In this document: positions 50,754 through 61,491 of the stretch, piece by piece | Numbering within the stretch: position 1 is the first letter of the stretch | Layout: every line of letters starts with the position of its first letter | Assembly: GCA_964019425.1 (NCBI GenBank) | Contig: OZ025791.1 | Coordinates: 806,001-870,000 of the forward strand | Length of the DNA: 64,000 nt | DNA from: Flectonema sp. DT1601 | Lineage: Eukaryota | Reading direction: 5' to 3' | Notes under the pieces: generated by a model | Database searches by the model: none | What the model saw: only the letters and a program-made list of their open reading frames with translations | What the model was told of the DNA's origin: nothing | Made by a program: the position numbers and the translations under genes

Positions 50754-51585
50754 CCCATTAAAGACGGCGGTTTTTTTTGACTTTTTTTGAATGGGGGAAG
50801 GTAGGGGCTCGGAAAGGACATTTCCTTCGACGATGACAAAGTGAACCACCATTGCCTGCCCGTTAAAATACGCATTACGACAAGGGTGAACGTAACAAAA
50901 GAAAAAAACCATAAAGACTAAAATAAGCCCAAAAATAAGCTCAGTTCTCATGACTCTTGGCGCCTCTTCAATTTTGATGTTGTTGTGAGTGCAAATCTTC
51001 CTCCTAGAACATTCTTCCCGGATAGCACCTCCCGACACAGAGGCCCCTTCGTAAGACTTCGGTGGTAATCGCCAAACAGGGTGCAGGACACAAATATACA
51101 CTTAGAGTGCGATGTGGTGTTGGTTGTCTTGTCTCTCGATGTCCCGTCGTGGAGATTCTACATGTTGTATGTAGGTACCAGTATCCTTGCCGCATTTCTT
51201 TTGGGGTAAACGTGTTGAACATCGAAACTTTCGGCAGGTAGTCGAAAACCTTTGGATGTCATCGGTTGGTACGAAGGTTTCTGTTCGCCCTCGGCTTCAC
51301 ACTATGCATCAGGTTAACACCTCCCATCGTCTTGTTGTACCTGTCCACCTGCATCGGTAGTTTGATCGGCACATTTTCTTTTCTGTTTCCCTTCTTAATC
51401 CAGCGGTATATATCGATATAGTGCTACACAGCGAACGACGCCATCCCGTCCAAGATTCGTCGTGAAACGGCCTCGATTACACCACCCCTGGGGAGTGTAA
51501 TCGAGTTAGACGGGTTCCCCCGAAAATATTTCTTTTAAATAACCAATGTAGTGGTCCCCCGTCGTGGTCCCCCGTCCTTAATGGG
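50754..51585 (-). mobile_element. Internally deleted piggyBac-family DNA transposon (832 bp)
   Basis: TIRs CCCATTAAAGACGGCGG and CCCATTAAGGACGGGGG (rc). TTAA at 51586-51589 and GTAA at 50750-50753. Minus strand reads RWIKK...PIKLPMQVDRYNKTMGGVNLMH (cf. YN..MGGVD..D), then the CRD remnant VYLCPAPC[fs]GDYH. Confidence 0.88.
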
Positions 51586-53678
51586 TTAAATTCTTTTTTT
51601 CTTATTCAAAGTATTGACCCTGCAAGCCACTGCCGTGGCGGTCCTTCTTTTTTTTCCTTAGGGCAATCTATTTTTTTACGTTTTTGAAAACTAATTGTAC
51701 TGCTAATTAGAAATAATGAACATGTGTACCTGGTATCTCTTTGATATACCGCGAGATGTCTTTTTTTACTGCGAATCATTTAAGTGCTTTCCTGCAGCTA
51801 TTCCGTGTTTATTTTATGGTTTGTAATTCCTTCTTGCAAGTAATCTTGTGATTGGGATGAGTTGAATGTGCTATTAAGATAGTGGTAGGGAATATACTTC
51901 GACTCTGCAACTTGCAACGCCGCTCTGTCTTTTTAATCGAGTGGTTTGTGTTGCTCAGACAAAAAAAAACCAAAAAAAAGAAAAAAAAAATTATTTAGTG
52001 TGTTTATCTATGATGATTAATATTTTCCCCTTTTTTAAAGGCTTTGCACACTGCATCACGTCCTTCCTAACTTCAACCCGATGATAGAATCTTTTTACTG
52101 TTTTTTTCCCCCCTTATCTTATTGTTTATATGACGTGTCTTTGTTGTGCGTGTGTTTCTTCTCTCCTGCTCATTTTTTTCATTCAGTGGATTGCTCAGCC
52201 TTGCTGGCTGCTTACCAGTTCTAATCAAGCTTATTACTCTTTTCCTGTTAAAAAATTAGTTTTGGTGCAAGGTATAATTGTCATTCCTTATTATTTCTTT
52301 CTTGTTCGCTCTTTTTTTTTTTTCCCTCGCTCCTATGTGATGACAGAGAACCGTTTTTTTTTTTTTTTTTTTTTTTTGGCGGGATTTCTTTCCTTTAAAA
52401 AAAAACGTTGAGAAACTTACTTTTAGAGATTTTTTACTAAAGTTAAAGTTTTCTCTTCGTGTACGAAGCTACCCCCGCGACATGATAGTGAGGGACGAAT
52501 TTCGTAGTTGCACAGACCTCTGTCTTGCACCGAAAAAATAAAAATAAAAAGTCTGATTTTTCAAGCTATTGGTTCCTTCTTTTTTTGTTATTGGTTATTT
52601 TAAATTATTTGATATTTTTTTTTTTGGTTTTTTTTTGTTTTTTTTGTGTCCTTACAGAGCTAGAGCTACTTATATTATTTTTTACTCACCTAATTTGAAT
52701 GATTTTTAATTTATAGTACACTGAATAACAGCTGAAGCCTTTTTCGAACAATCTATGTTGGGTATTTACCAGAAGTCACATGGGTGAGTACCTCATTGAC
52801 TTTTAAACAACATCAAGATTGAAGGGGAGAGGCGGGAAAAAAAAAAAAAAGAAAAAAAAAAGATTCTTCACGCTCTAATACTGACCTGATAATATATTTT
52901 TTTAAAAAAAAAAAAACAAACAAAAATACAAAAAAACCCAACCTCTCTCTTTGTTTTGTCGTTTTTTTGTTTTTTGTTAGACATTCATCATCAGTAATTC
53001 TTACTATAAATACTCAACTCAGTCTGTCGAAAACACAATGCAAGTGTAAAGACTTAATTTCTTTTTTCCATTCTGTTTGTTTCTTCTTGTAACTTACTGA
53101 TAGGGGTATCTGTACCTGTCGAATGATGGGTTTATTTGGTGCATGTAACTGATGCGGATCCTCCCCTTTTTTTTATTATTATTGTTTTTTTTTTTTTTTT
53201 TTTTTTAAATATTGAAAGTAATAAAACTTATTTCTTCTTTTAAAGCAATCATGTCTCTCTGCGGACAGGAAAGTATCATCATCATAATAGAGAAGATTCA
53301 GCCAACTTTTACAATTTTTTTTTTTTTTTTTTTATAATTGACAAAAAAAAAAATCCTAACAAGGGAACTAATGTCACTTTACTCTTTTTTCTACCAGACG
53401 ATGTGTTTTTTATCAAAAAAAACCCGCCGCCTTTTTTTTTTCAATCTTGTCTGAATACGTTGATATTTAAAAAAAAAAAAAATAAAAAAGTGTGAAAATG
53501 AAAATATTTTGTTTTTCAGTTTGACTATTTCTTTCACCCGATTATTATTTAATACGCGCATATTAAAAATTGAAATTTAAAAAAAAAGACAAAATAGAGG
53601 TAGCTATTTGTTATTTATCAAAATTTTTTTTTTAATGTTTTGTTTTTTTTGTTCTTGTTATGAATTCTTTGTGTTACC

Positions 53679-53792
53679 TCGTCGGTGAGAGTCTCACAGT
53701 TGGATGGAGAAAATCTAACTGTTATCTTTGTGAGGTTTTTCCTGATTTTTGGCTCCTTGGGATTCGTTTATAAATTAAAATGAATGAATAAA
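53679..53792 (+). mobile_element. Short retro-repeat, subfamily A (most complete stem-loop)
   Basis: tcgtcggtgagagtCTCACAGTTGGAtggagaaaaTCTAACTGTtatcttTGTGAGgtttttcctgatttttggctccttgggattcg plus A-rich tail. Confidence 0.75.
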
Positions 53793-55522
53793 TATCTTTT
53801 AGCAGCTCTGTCGTTTTTTTTTAAAAACACACTAGTATGCATATGCGAGTATTCTGTTAATTGAAATCAGGGACGCACCATTAAATAACAAAATCCTTTC
53901 CTTATATTCGTTTTTTTTTTTTTTTTTTTTTTTTTTATTTAGTTCCAGTCCTGGCTAGCTCCGATGGACATTAAGAAAAATCAATTCTTTTTTGAAATAG
54001 AACTTACTTTTTTTGATAAATCTAAATTATCAAAAAAAAGACTGGAATGAAGTCCCCCTACGGGGGGGTGCTGATGGTACTATTTAATGAGAGCGAAACT
54101 AAGTCTTCCAATGTAAATGGAATAGCAGAGCAATGTTTTTTTTTTTAGTGCACTATTTTTTTTATAACAAACTCAAATCCTATCTCCGTGTTACCTTCCT
54201 ATCCGTTTATTTTTTATTATTATTTTTATTTTTTATTATTATTATTGTTTCTTTTAGCAGCAGTGCAACCAAGCTGCAACATATTTTTGTTGTGTTTTTG
54301 GTTTTTGTTCTTTCCCTTCTTTTTTTTTCTTTTTCATATGGCGAGTCTTCTTCGATACATAAATAAATAAAATAAATAAAATAAATAAAATAAATAATAG
54401 GTTATATTCCTTTCTTTTTTTTTCAAAAAATCTTTTTTCTTCGACCAGATTGGAAGAACACATAAGTACTTTCTCCGAGGATTGGCATGGTGCAGTGTCT
54501 CTCTGTAGAGAGACTATGAAAAACAAACAAAAGAAATTGATAAAAAACGTTTTTTTGTTCTTTTTTTTTTCCTTCATCTTCTTTAATGTTTTTCTTGTTT
54601 GCTTGCACCTCAATAAGATTTGGCACTCGGGCTGCGTCAGCATTGACAACACCAATGTATTTCCTATTTATTATTTTTTTTTTTTTTTTCAGTTCTCGTT
54701 TCGTTCTTTTTTTTTTCCCCCTTTTCTTCTTTTTTTAAAAAAAAAGAAAAAAAGATAATTTTTTCTATTTGTTGCTTTTATTAAACTAGGCTTGACTTTC
54801 AATGTTGCGAAATGTGGACAAGTCTACGTCTCGCGATGTCTGACTATTCTACGTGAGCATGACTTCCCTGATAAATGAGAAACAAACCATGGCGTGTGTT
54901 CTCCCCTGGAGAAGACTTGCCCTGTAGTGGTAGTTCTCATGTTTAAAAAAAAAAAAAAAGAAAACTTTTCATTCCTTTTCGTCTTGCTGCGCATCTTGCC
55001 TTTAATAAATACATCACGTCAGAAACCGCAGAGTCGGTCCCAATTCATTGCAGATAATTCGGTCTTCGGACATTCACGTGTCCCTTCCCCGATCCTTGCC
55101 TTTGTTTTATAAAGCTGTTTGTTGGCTTGTTTAGCTTGTTTGTTGATTGTGTTTCGTTTTTTTTAAAGTCCGTTGTTCTGTTTTTTTTTTTTTTTTTTTT
55201 ATTATAAAAAAAGTCTTTTTTATATCACATTATGAGACCTACCTAAACCGTAAGGGGGATTCGTTGTGTGTAAATAAAATGAGACTTGAATAACCTGATG
55301 TAGTTGGCTCGCCCTTACTTATGGGGAGGAGGTTAACTCATTTTTACCCTTCTTTCTGTTTTTATTTAAAAAATATTTATTGTTGTAATTGGAATATGTG
55401 TTAGGCTGCAGCTGCTCCAATTTTGGAGCAAGCTCGTCTTACGAACCACTCCTGAGGAAGTGCTCTTAAATGGGAGAAAAAAAAAAAAAACAGATAACAG
55501 ATTCTGGATGGCTTTTTATTTG

Positions 55523-55610
55523 GTTGGCTGGTAACAATCTAACTGTTTCCTTGTGAGCTTTTCCTGATTTTTGGCTTTTTAGGCTTCGTAAATAAATTAA
55601 TAAATAAAAT
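55523..55610 (+). mobile_element. Short retro-repeat, subfamily A
   Basis: gttggctggtaacaatctaactgtttccttgtgagcttttcctgatttttggc...ttcgtaaataaattaataaataaa. Confidence 0.75.
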
Positions 55611-55790
55611 AATTTCTCCTTTTCATCACGTTTCGAAATTGACGGATCTTTACTTTCCTCGTCTCATATATAAGTTACTGTGTTATGAGGGTGGTCAATG
55701 TGCTTGTAGCTACAGTAACTTGTGATCCTTGATTTTTTTTTTTTTTTTTTTTTTGTGTTCCTGGTGACACTTGCTTGCCTTGGCGATACC

Positions 55791-55834
<44 letters not shown>

Positions 55835-56328
55835 CGCTGGTAATGACTACGTTTGTTTACTCTTTTGCTTGTTTTGCAAGAAAATAAAGTTGTTTCTCTT
55901 TTTTTTCGGCTTTAGAAGTAATCGGAAACCCGTTTACCGATTTACTGTTGTCACTCAATTTCTTATTATGATCGACATTAGTTGTATTTTCATTTTATAT
56001 ACCTCTTATCAAATCAATAAACCTGAATCTAATTTTCGAGTGGCACAATCTCTATGTACCTCAGCAAATCAGTGAACAAGTCATATCAGCGCCCATCAGG
56101 TTGTGATGTAGGTGAAGTGATGTTGCTTGTTTTGATGGTTGCGATTATTATTATTATTATTTTTTTTTTCCCCTTCTTCTTCACTTATGTGAGGTTTTAA
56201 AAAAAAAAAAAAGATTTTTGAAAAAAATAAATTAGAAAAGTTATAAAGTCTATTTTGAGCAGTAACAAATACGCACTATTGCGGCATTAAAAAAAATAAA
56301 TAAAAATCAGTGTGGTCACTTTGCTCTC

Positions 56329-56480
56329 TATTAAACGCCTCTTACACTGCCTGTTTCATGCACGTAGTGGGTCTAGTCATGTACTTCTGGTCAATTCACG
56401 TCTCTTCTCGCTAACAATTGTGGTACCGACAGATTGGTATCTTGTGAGAAGTATGACATTCTTGACTTCGATAAATATAT
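56329..56480 (+). mobile_element. Short retro-repeat, subfamily B, diverged
   Basis: ctcttacactgcctg...gtacttctggtcaa...tctcttctcg...ttgtggtaccga...gtgag...ttcgataaata aligns with 3191-3370. Confidence 0.55.
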
Positions 56481-57342
56481 AAAAAAATAAACAAAACACA
56501 CATAGAGGTATTGGCTAGTACAGCTTAAGAGCTTGATCTTGTTTTTTTTTTATTCTTTCACTCGATTTTTTTTCACTCTAGCAACTAATTCGAACCTACC
56601 TTTTTTCTCACACTTTGTGGCTACTATGTTGTCCTATATTAGTGTATTGTTTTTTTTATATTTTTTTACATCTCGAGAACCTTTTTTTTAAAAAAATGAA
56701 TGAACAAAAAATTAAAACTAAAGCAATTCCAGGTTTGGTGAAGGTGACATTACGGAAATATATATTTCTGGGTTCTGTAAAAAAAGTATCCTACAGAAGG
56801 TGTGCGAGCTGACTTTATTGCTCAATTCTATGTTCTGTTTTCACAGTCAAAATAAACTCACGGTTAGCAACGCAATATCAATGAGTGGTCGTTTATTGAT
56901 GTTGTGGCTGTTGTTGTTATTTGTCTTTCAAAATCCCGACCCTTCACCTTTAGTTTGTGACTGTGCGGTTATTTTTGCAGCCCTTCAGACAGGTCTTTCG
57001 ACTATGTTTTTTTTTTTGTTTGTTTTGTTTAGCAAGCGAGGCACTTTTTTTTTCCTTTAATTTAACAGTTCTGTTTTTTCTTCTTCTTTTAATGTTTTCC
57101 CTTCTATTTTCCCCTTCTCACAAAGAGGGGTTTTTTTTTTATTATATATTTTATTTTTTTGTTTTGTTTTTGTTTTGTTTACGATCGTCTGTCAACGTCT
57201 GTCTTGGACGTTATAAGAAATAGCATTCTCTAGTACAAAGAACCCCATGTTAATATCTTGGAGGTTTAGATTCCCTACCCGCAACCAAAATTCAGTTAAT
57301 TTTTTTTTTTTTTTTTTTTTTTGCGACCAATTTCTGGAAGAA

Positions 57343-57373
<31 letters not shown>

Positions 57374-57499
57374 CAAAAATTTCAATAATTAAATCGTAGC
57401 GGCATTTTTAATGCGCCACATCACTCTGTCTAAAATCGAAAGGTTGGCATCGTATACTTGTCACCCAGGGAAAGAAATTGAAACAAACAAAAAAAAAAA

Positions 57500-57830
57500 A
57501 TACTCAGTATGTAATAACGAGGTGTTTATTACCCTTATAGGGAGACTTACTTTGACGCTCAATGGTCTAATCAGTAAGGATGACGTAATATCATTCGGAC
57601 ATAATTGCTAGTATGAGCTGAACTCTCCCCAGCGGTGGGAAAAATGGTGCTTTATGGTCGCTGAAAAATCTTTTTGACTGATGTCAATTAGTTTGGTTCA
57701 AGAGTGTGGTACCACTTACGTGCTCCACTGAAACTTTAGTCTTCTATCACTGACTACATAAATTCACTGGGAGAGTGAAATTAGTCAACAGTTGAGATTG
57801 TCCTTTGTAATAGCCATCCCTCAAAGAATC
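57500..57830 (+). pseudogene. Degenerate RTE-like RT C-terminal fragment
   Basis: Across frameshifts: YGR, FGS-EC-TTY (cf. YGsEtWt.y) and IHWESEIS (cf. I.W.d.isN), in the expected order. Confidence 0.35.
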
Positions 57831-58163
57831 AGAGTGGTCTTTGTTTTATTTTTATTTTTATTGTTTCGTTCTGTTCTCTAAGAACCCTCCTCAGACGTTG
57901 ATGAGTAAATTAAAAAATGGAAAGGTAGACAGCGAGTTATCATTCGGCTGTTCTTGTTTCCCCCTTTTTTTTTTCCTCTCCCTACTGCAGTAATTCCATA
58001 CCTTATACCGTATTATTAATGCTTACAAGGCTCGTAGTTGAATCTATTGGGCTTCCTCAGTGGTAACTCCCGTACTAGGTAGGCGTTACCATTATTGATT
58101 AGTCCTACTAGTGTGTGCAGCAGCAAGGATTTACAGAATAGCTGCTTCCCTCAACTTTGATAG

Positions 58164-58204
<41 letters not shown>

Positions 58205-58995
58205 TACGTGCCCCACTCCCGCTATTGCTATGACAATTTACCGTGTGGTATCCAATGACTAATGATGTTTTTTTTTTTTTTTTTTTTTTAGTGAAACTTT
58301 TTAATGAAGTTTTTGATGTCTCCCTTAAACAGGTGGTGATATTAACCAATGAATGCTCTCTTGGTATACTTCAAATCAAAGATTAATTTATCTTACAGAA
58401 GACTGGAACAGACGACAGTCAGACACTTTTTAAATTTTTTTTTTTTTTAATTTTTAGTTTGTTTTTTAATTAGGGAGGTGAAGGAAGAAAAATAAGAAAT
58501 CTAATGCGTACCCTACCAATAAAGGCTTACTTTCTCTGGTAGCAACTCTAAATTCTCTTATCATATTGTCCCTCCAACGGTGGTGGTATTTTTAGATTCA
58601 GTATGTTGTAATTATTTTTTTTTCCTTTGTTTACTTATTTATTTATTTATTTTTTTTTTTCCCCCTTTCTGCATATCACAGACATTGTGAGTTTTAAAAA
58701 AAGAAACAACAAAAAGAGATAAGCAGCACACGTAAATTTTCTATTTATGTCATCACGAAATGCGAAACTCTTGTATTCAGAAAACTGTATCAATTATGTT
58801 CCAATAGCTGGATGACAAAAATTAGACTCCATGCATGAAAGGGAGTCTTATTTGTGTACGGCTGTCGACAGGAAAAAAAAAAAAAAAATAATAACAATTG
58901 GTTCCCGTTGAGTCGAATACTTTTAAAATTATTTGCGGTACTGGATTGCATACAGTAAATTTTATTTATTTTTTCAAAAGTAAGCACAAATAACA

Positions 58996-60083
58996 ATGCT
59001 ATTACGGGCCTACCTCCTCCTATCTACAGTGGTAGCATGCATTGGTATCTCCTTTGTGAATTATAAAGACAGCAGTACAATACGAGAATTAGGAAAACAA
59101 ACGGTGTACATAGTCGCAAGCGAAGATGGTCCAGCGTTGGTATCCGCACTGGAGTATAAGCAGGGAGATGTGATAACTGATTTTAACTACGAAGGTATTG
59201 AGATGGTGTGGGTAGATAAAAACAAGATTAAGGAAGTGATGTCAGAACTTCGATTCGAAAAATGTCTTTCCAGATGGCCTTCAACTGAAACAGATGTTCT
59301 GCTACCAACATCAGAAGAGACTGGCTGGCATTGGCCGATGTACAATTCTCCATGGATTCAATACGTACATACTTCTCAGAACCCAACTGCTAAGTTCAAT
59401 GAAGACGGAAGTCTCACAGCTTTGACTGATGTCCATCCAGGATCTAAATTAACGACATTAAAAACATACGCGCAAGTTCGATTCCCGACATCAAAACCAG
59501 CTGACTCTGATTTGCAGCAAAAAGCTATCGATTTGGCTCTATTACGCAACACTGTTTATATTGATAAGTCGAAAATTCATGGTCTTGGAATATTTTGTTC
59601 ACAAGATTTTAAGAGGGGAAGTGTGTTGACTCACTTTGATTATGACGACATGACAATGACGTGGGCTCCTCATTCTGAATTGAATTCAAAACTAGAACCG
59701 AATATATCACAGCTGAGTAATTGGCAATGGTCAACCAATGGGACACATGGTTTTCTTCCAGCTCATCGAATGAGATGGTTCAATCCAGAAGCTGCTACTT
59801 TATTTATTCATTATCTTAATCACAACAGTAATGGCAATGTCCTGTACGATCAAAGCAACCAGAATTACTATGCAAGGAAGGATCTTAAAGCTGGTGATGA
59901 AATTACTGTTGACTATCGGTGTGAGATTTTTATAAGTTTTTCTTTTTTTTTGTTTCTTTTTCAAAAAGAATCCCTTGTTTATATGTGATAAAAAAATTAA
60001 ACAACAACAACAACAGGATTTACTGCAACGCCTGTTTTGAAAAAGAAATCCTACCTCATCTGGTTGGAGAAGATGAATTGTAG
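58996..60083 (+). CDS. Signal-peptide protein with a degenerate plus an intact SET domain and C-terminal EDEL (329 aa); exons 58996-59918 and 60017-60083
   Basis: SET motifs KSKIHGLGIF, YLNHNSNGN and YYARKDLKAGDEITVDY. N-terminus MLLRAYLLLSTVVACIG. CG|gtgtga...caacag|G gives DYRIYCNACFEKEILPHLVGEDEL*. Confidence 0.88.
59919..60016 (+). other. Spliceosomal cis-intron, 98 nt
   Basis: GTGTGA donor, T-rich 5' half, (CAA)n CAG acceptor. In-frame join. Confidence 0.78.
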
Positions 60084-60203
60084 AGACCATTTATCTTATT
60101 TTCTTTTTTTCGTTTCTTTTTTTTTTTCTCTTGCATTTATGTCGATAACACACCACCTCCTACCAAGGCAATCCTTCAATCTCTTTTTTTAATAAATGAA
60201 TGA

Positions 60204-61340
60204 ATGTTGATTGGTATCTGTAGTAAGCGTAGCCTTCATAGTCACCTACGAAATGTTCCTGCTGTTAGGTGGAAAAAAGCTCTGGTAGGTCACAGACCAA
60301 CTGATACCTCAACATCTAAGATTTGGGGAAGTATTGAAGGACGAAATATAAGAAAAGTCATTGCATCATGCAGCGATATTAATACGCTTCATAAAATTGG
60401 ATTAGACTGGATTCACGATATGAGTACTGTTGGATGTGTGATTCAGAGATTTGGTGAGATTCCAAATACAGAATACGAAGACACGGAAATAGTCAAAATC
60501 ATCTTAAGCCTCGTACATTGCGCAGATGTATCTGAAACCCTCTTTACCCAGACAATGTCTACATTGCGAAGACTAAAGAAGACAACTGAGAGTAGAATCT
60601 TATGGAACAAAACCTCCCCATTGATAAGATCCACAGAAGTGTCTAGTACTGCTTCAATGTGGTCAGCATACGTGGATGGTGACATAGAATGGGCTACCTC
60701 AATATTTAATGAATGCATGTCAAACTCGTCACAATCTGCTCACCTCATGCAACCCTTCATCATGGCACAAGCACGTGCTGGTAATTGGGAGTTTGCTCTT
60801 TTGAAGATGACTAAGACAGTGATTAGCAGCTTACTTAAAATTGCGACATTCCAACAAAATCCAGTCGGTTGGGAAGTTCTTCGCATGGCCAGAATAAAAG
60901 AACTTCCCTTCAGCACTGCCGATCTAACTTCCATGTTACAATTTCTTATTAAAGTTGGAACTGATGGAGAGTTGGAATGGGGTTATCACCGAACAGTCAA
61001 GTATGCTACCCTGTTCGATTCCCGGTTGTTAATTTTTTTAGCTGGAATTGCAGCGCTTCGATACACGCAATCATTATCCAGTACTTGGCTGAGTTGCTAT
61101 GACCAGCACATGGCAGCTATCCACAACTTGCCTTCAAATATTTCTTGTGTAACTTGGGAGACTCGAATGTCTGATCGCCTTCAACAACTCTTTAAATGTA
61201 TTCGATATCGAGGTAATGAATGTGATAGTGATAACAGAGAAGGAGAATATACGATATCTATTCTATTAGGTAGACCTCTACCATCAGATAATGCTATAAC
61301 CGACGTCATGGCAAGACTGTCGGCATTGAAACTCAGATAG
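60204..61340 (+). CDS. Helical-repeat (PPR-like) protein, probably mitochondrial, 378 aa
   Basis: Basic, acid-free N-terminus MLIGICSKRSLHSHLRNVPAVRW. Units of ~33-35 aa: LFTQTMSTLRRLKKTTESRILWNK, SSTASMWSAYVDGDIEWATSIFNE, LMQPFIMAQARAGNWEFAL. Confidence 0.7.
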   Translation: MLIGICSKRSLHSHLRNVPAVRWKKALVGHRPTDTSTSKIWGSIEGRNIRKVIASCSDINTLHKIGLDWIHDMSTVGCVIQRFGEIPNTEYEDTEIVKIILSLVHCADVSETLFTQTMSTLRRLKKTTESRILWNKTSPLIRSTEVSSTASMWSAYVDGDIEWATSIFNECMSNSSQSAHLMQPFIMAQARAGNWEFALLKMTKTVISSLLKIATFQQNPVGWEVLRMARIKELPFSTADLTSMLQFLIKVGTDGELEWGYHRTVKYATLFDSRLLIFLAGIAALRYTQSLSSTWLSCYDQHMAAIHNLPSNISCVTWETRMSDRLQQLFKCIRYRGNECDSDNREGEYTISILLGRPLPSDNAITDVMARLSALKLR

Positions 61341-61491
61341 AGCATCGGCTCAATTTTTGACTGCACCGATTCAGTCAAACTACATTCAACAGGTCAACAA
61401 CAGATGTCAAGTAATCGTTATGGTGTCTCTTATCATTTATTTTTATTATTTTATAATGAGTAAGTAAATTTCTTAAACAGGATCTTGAAAG

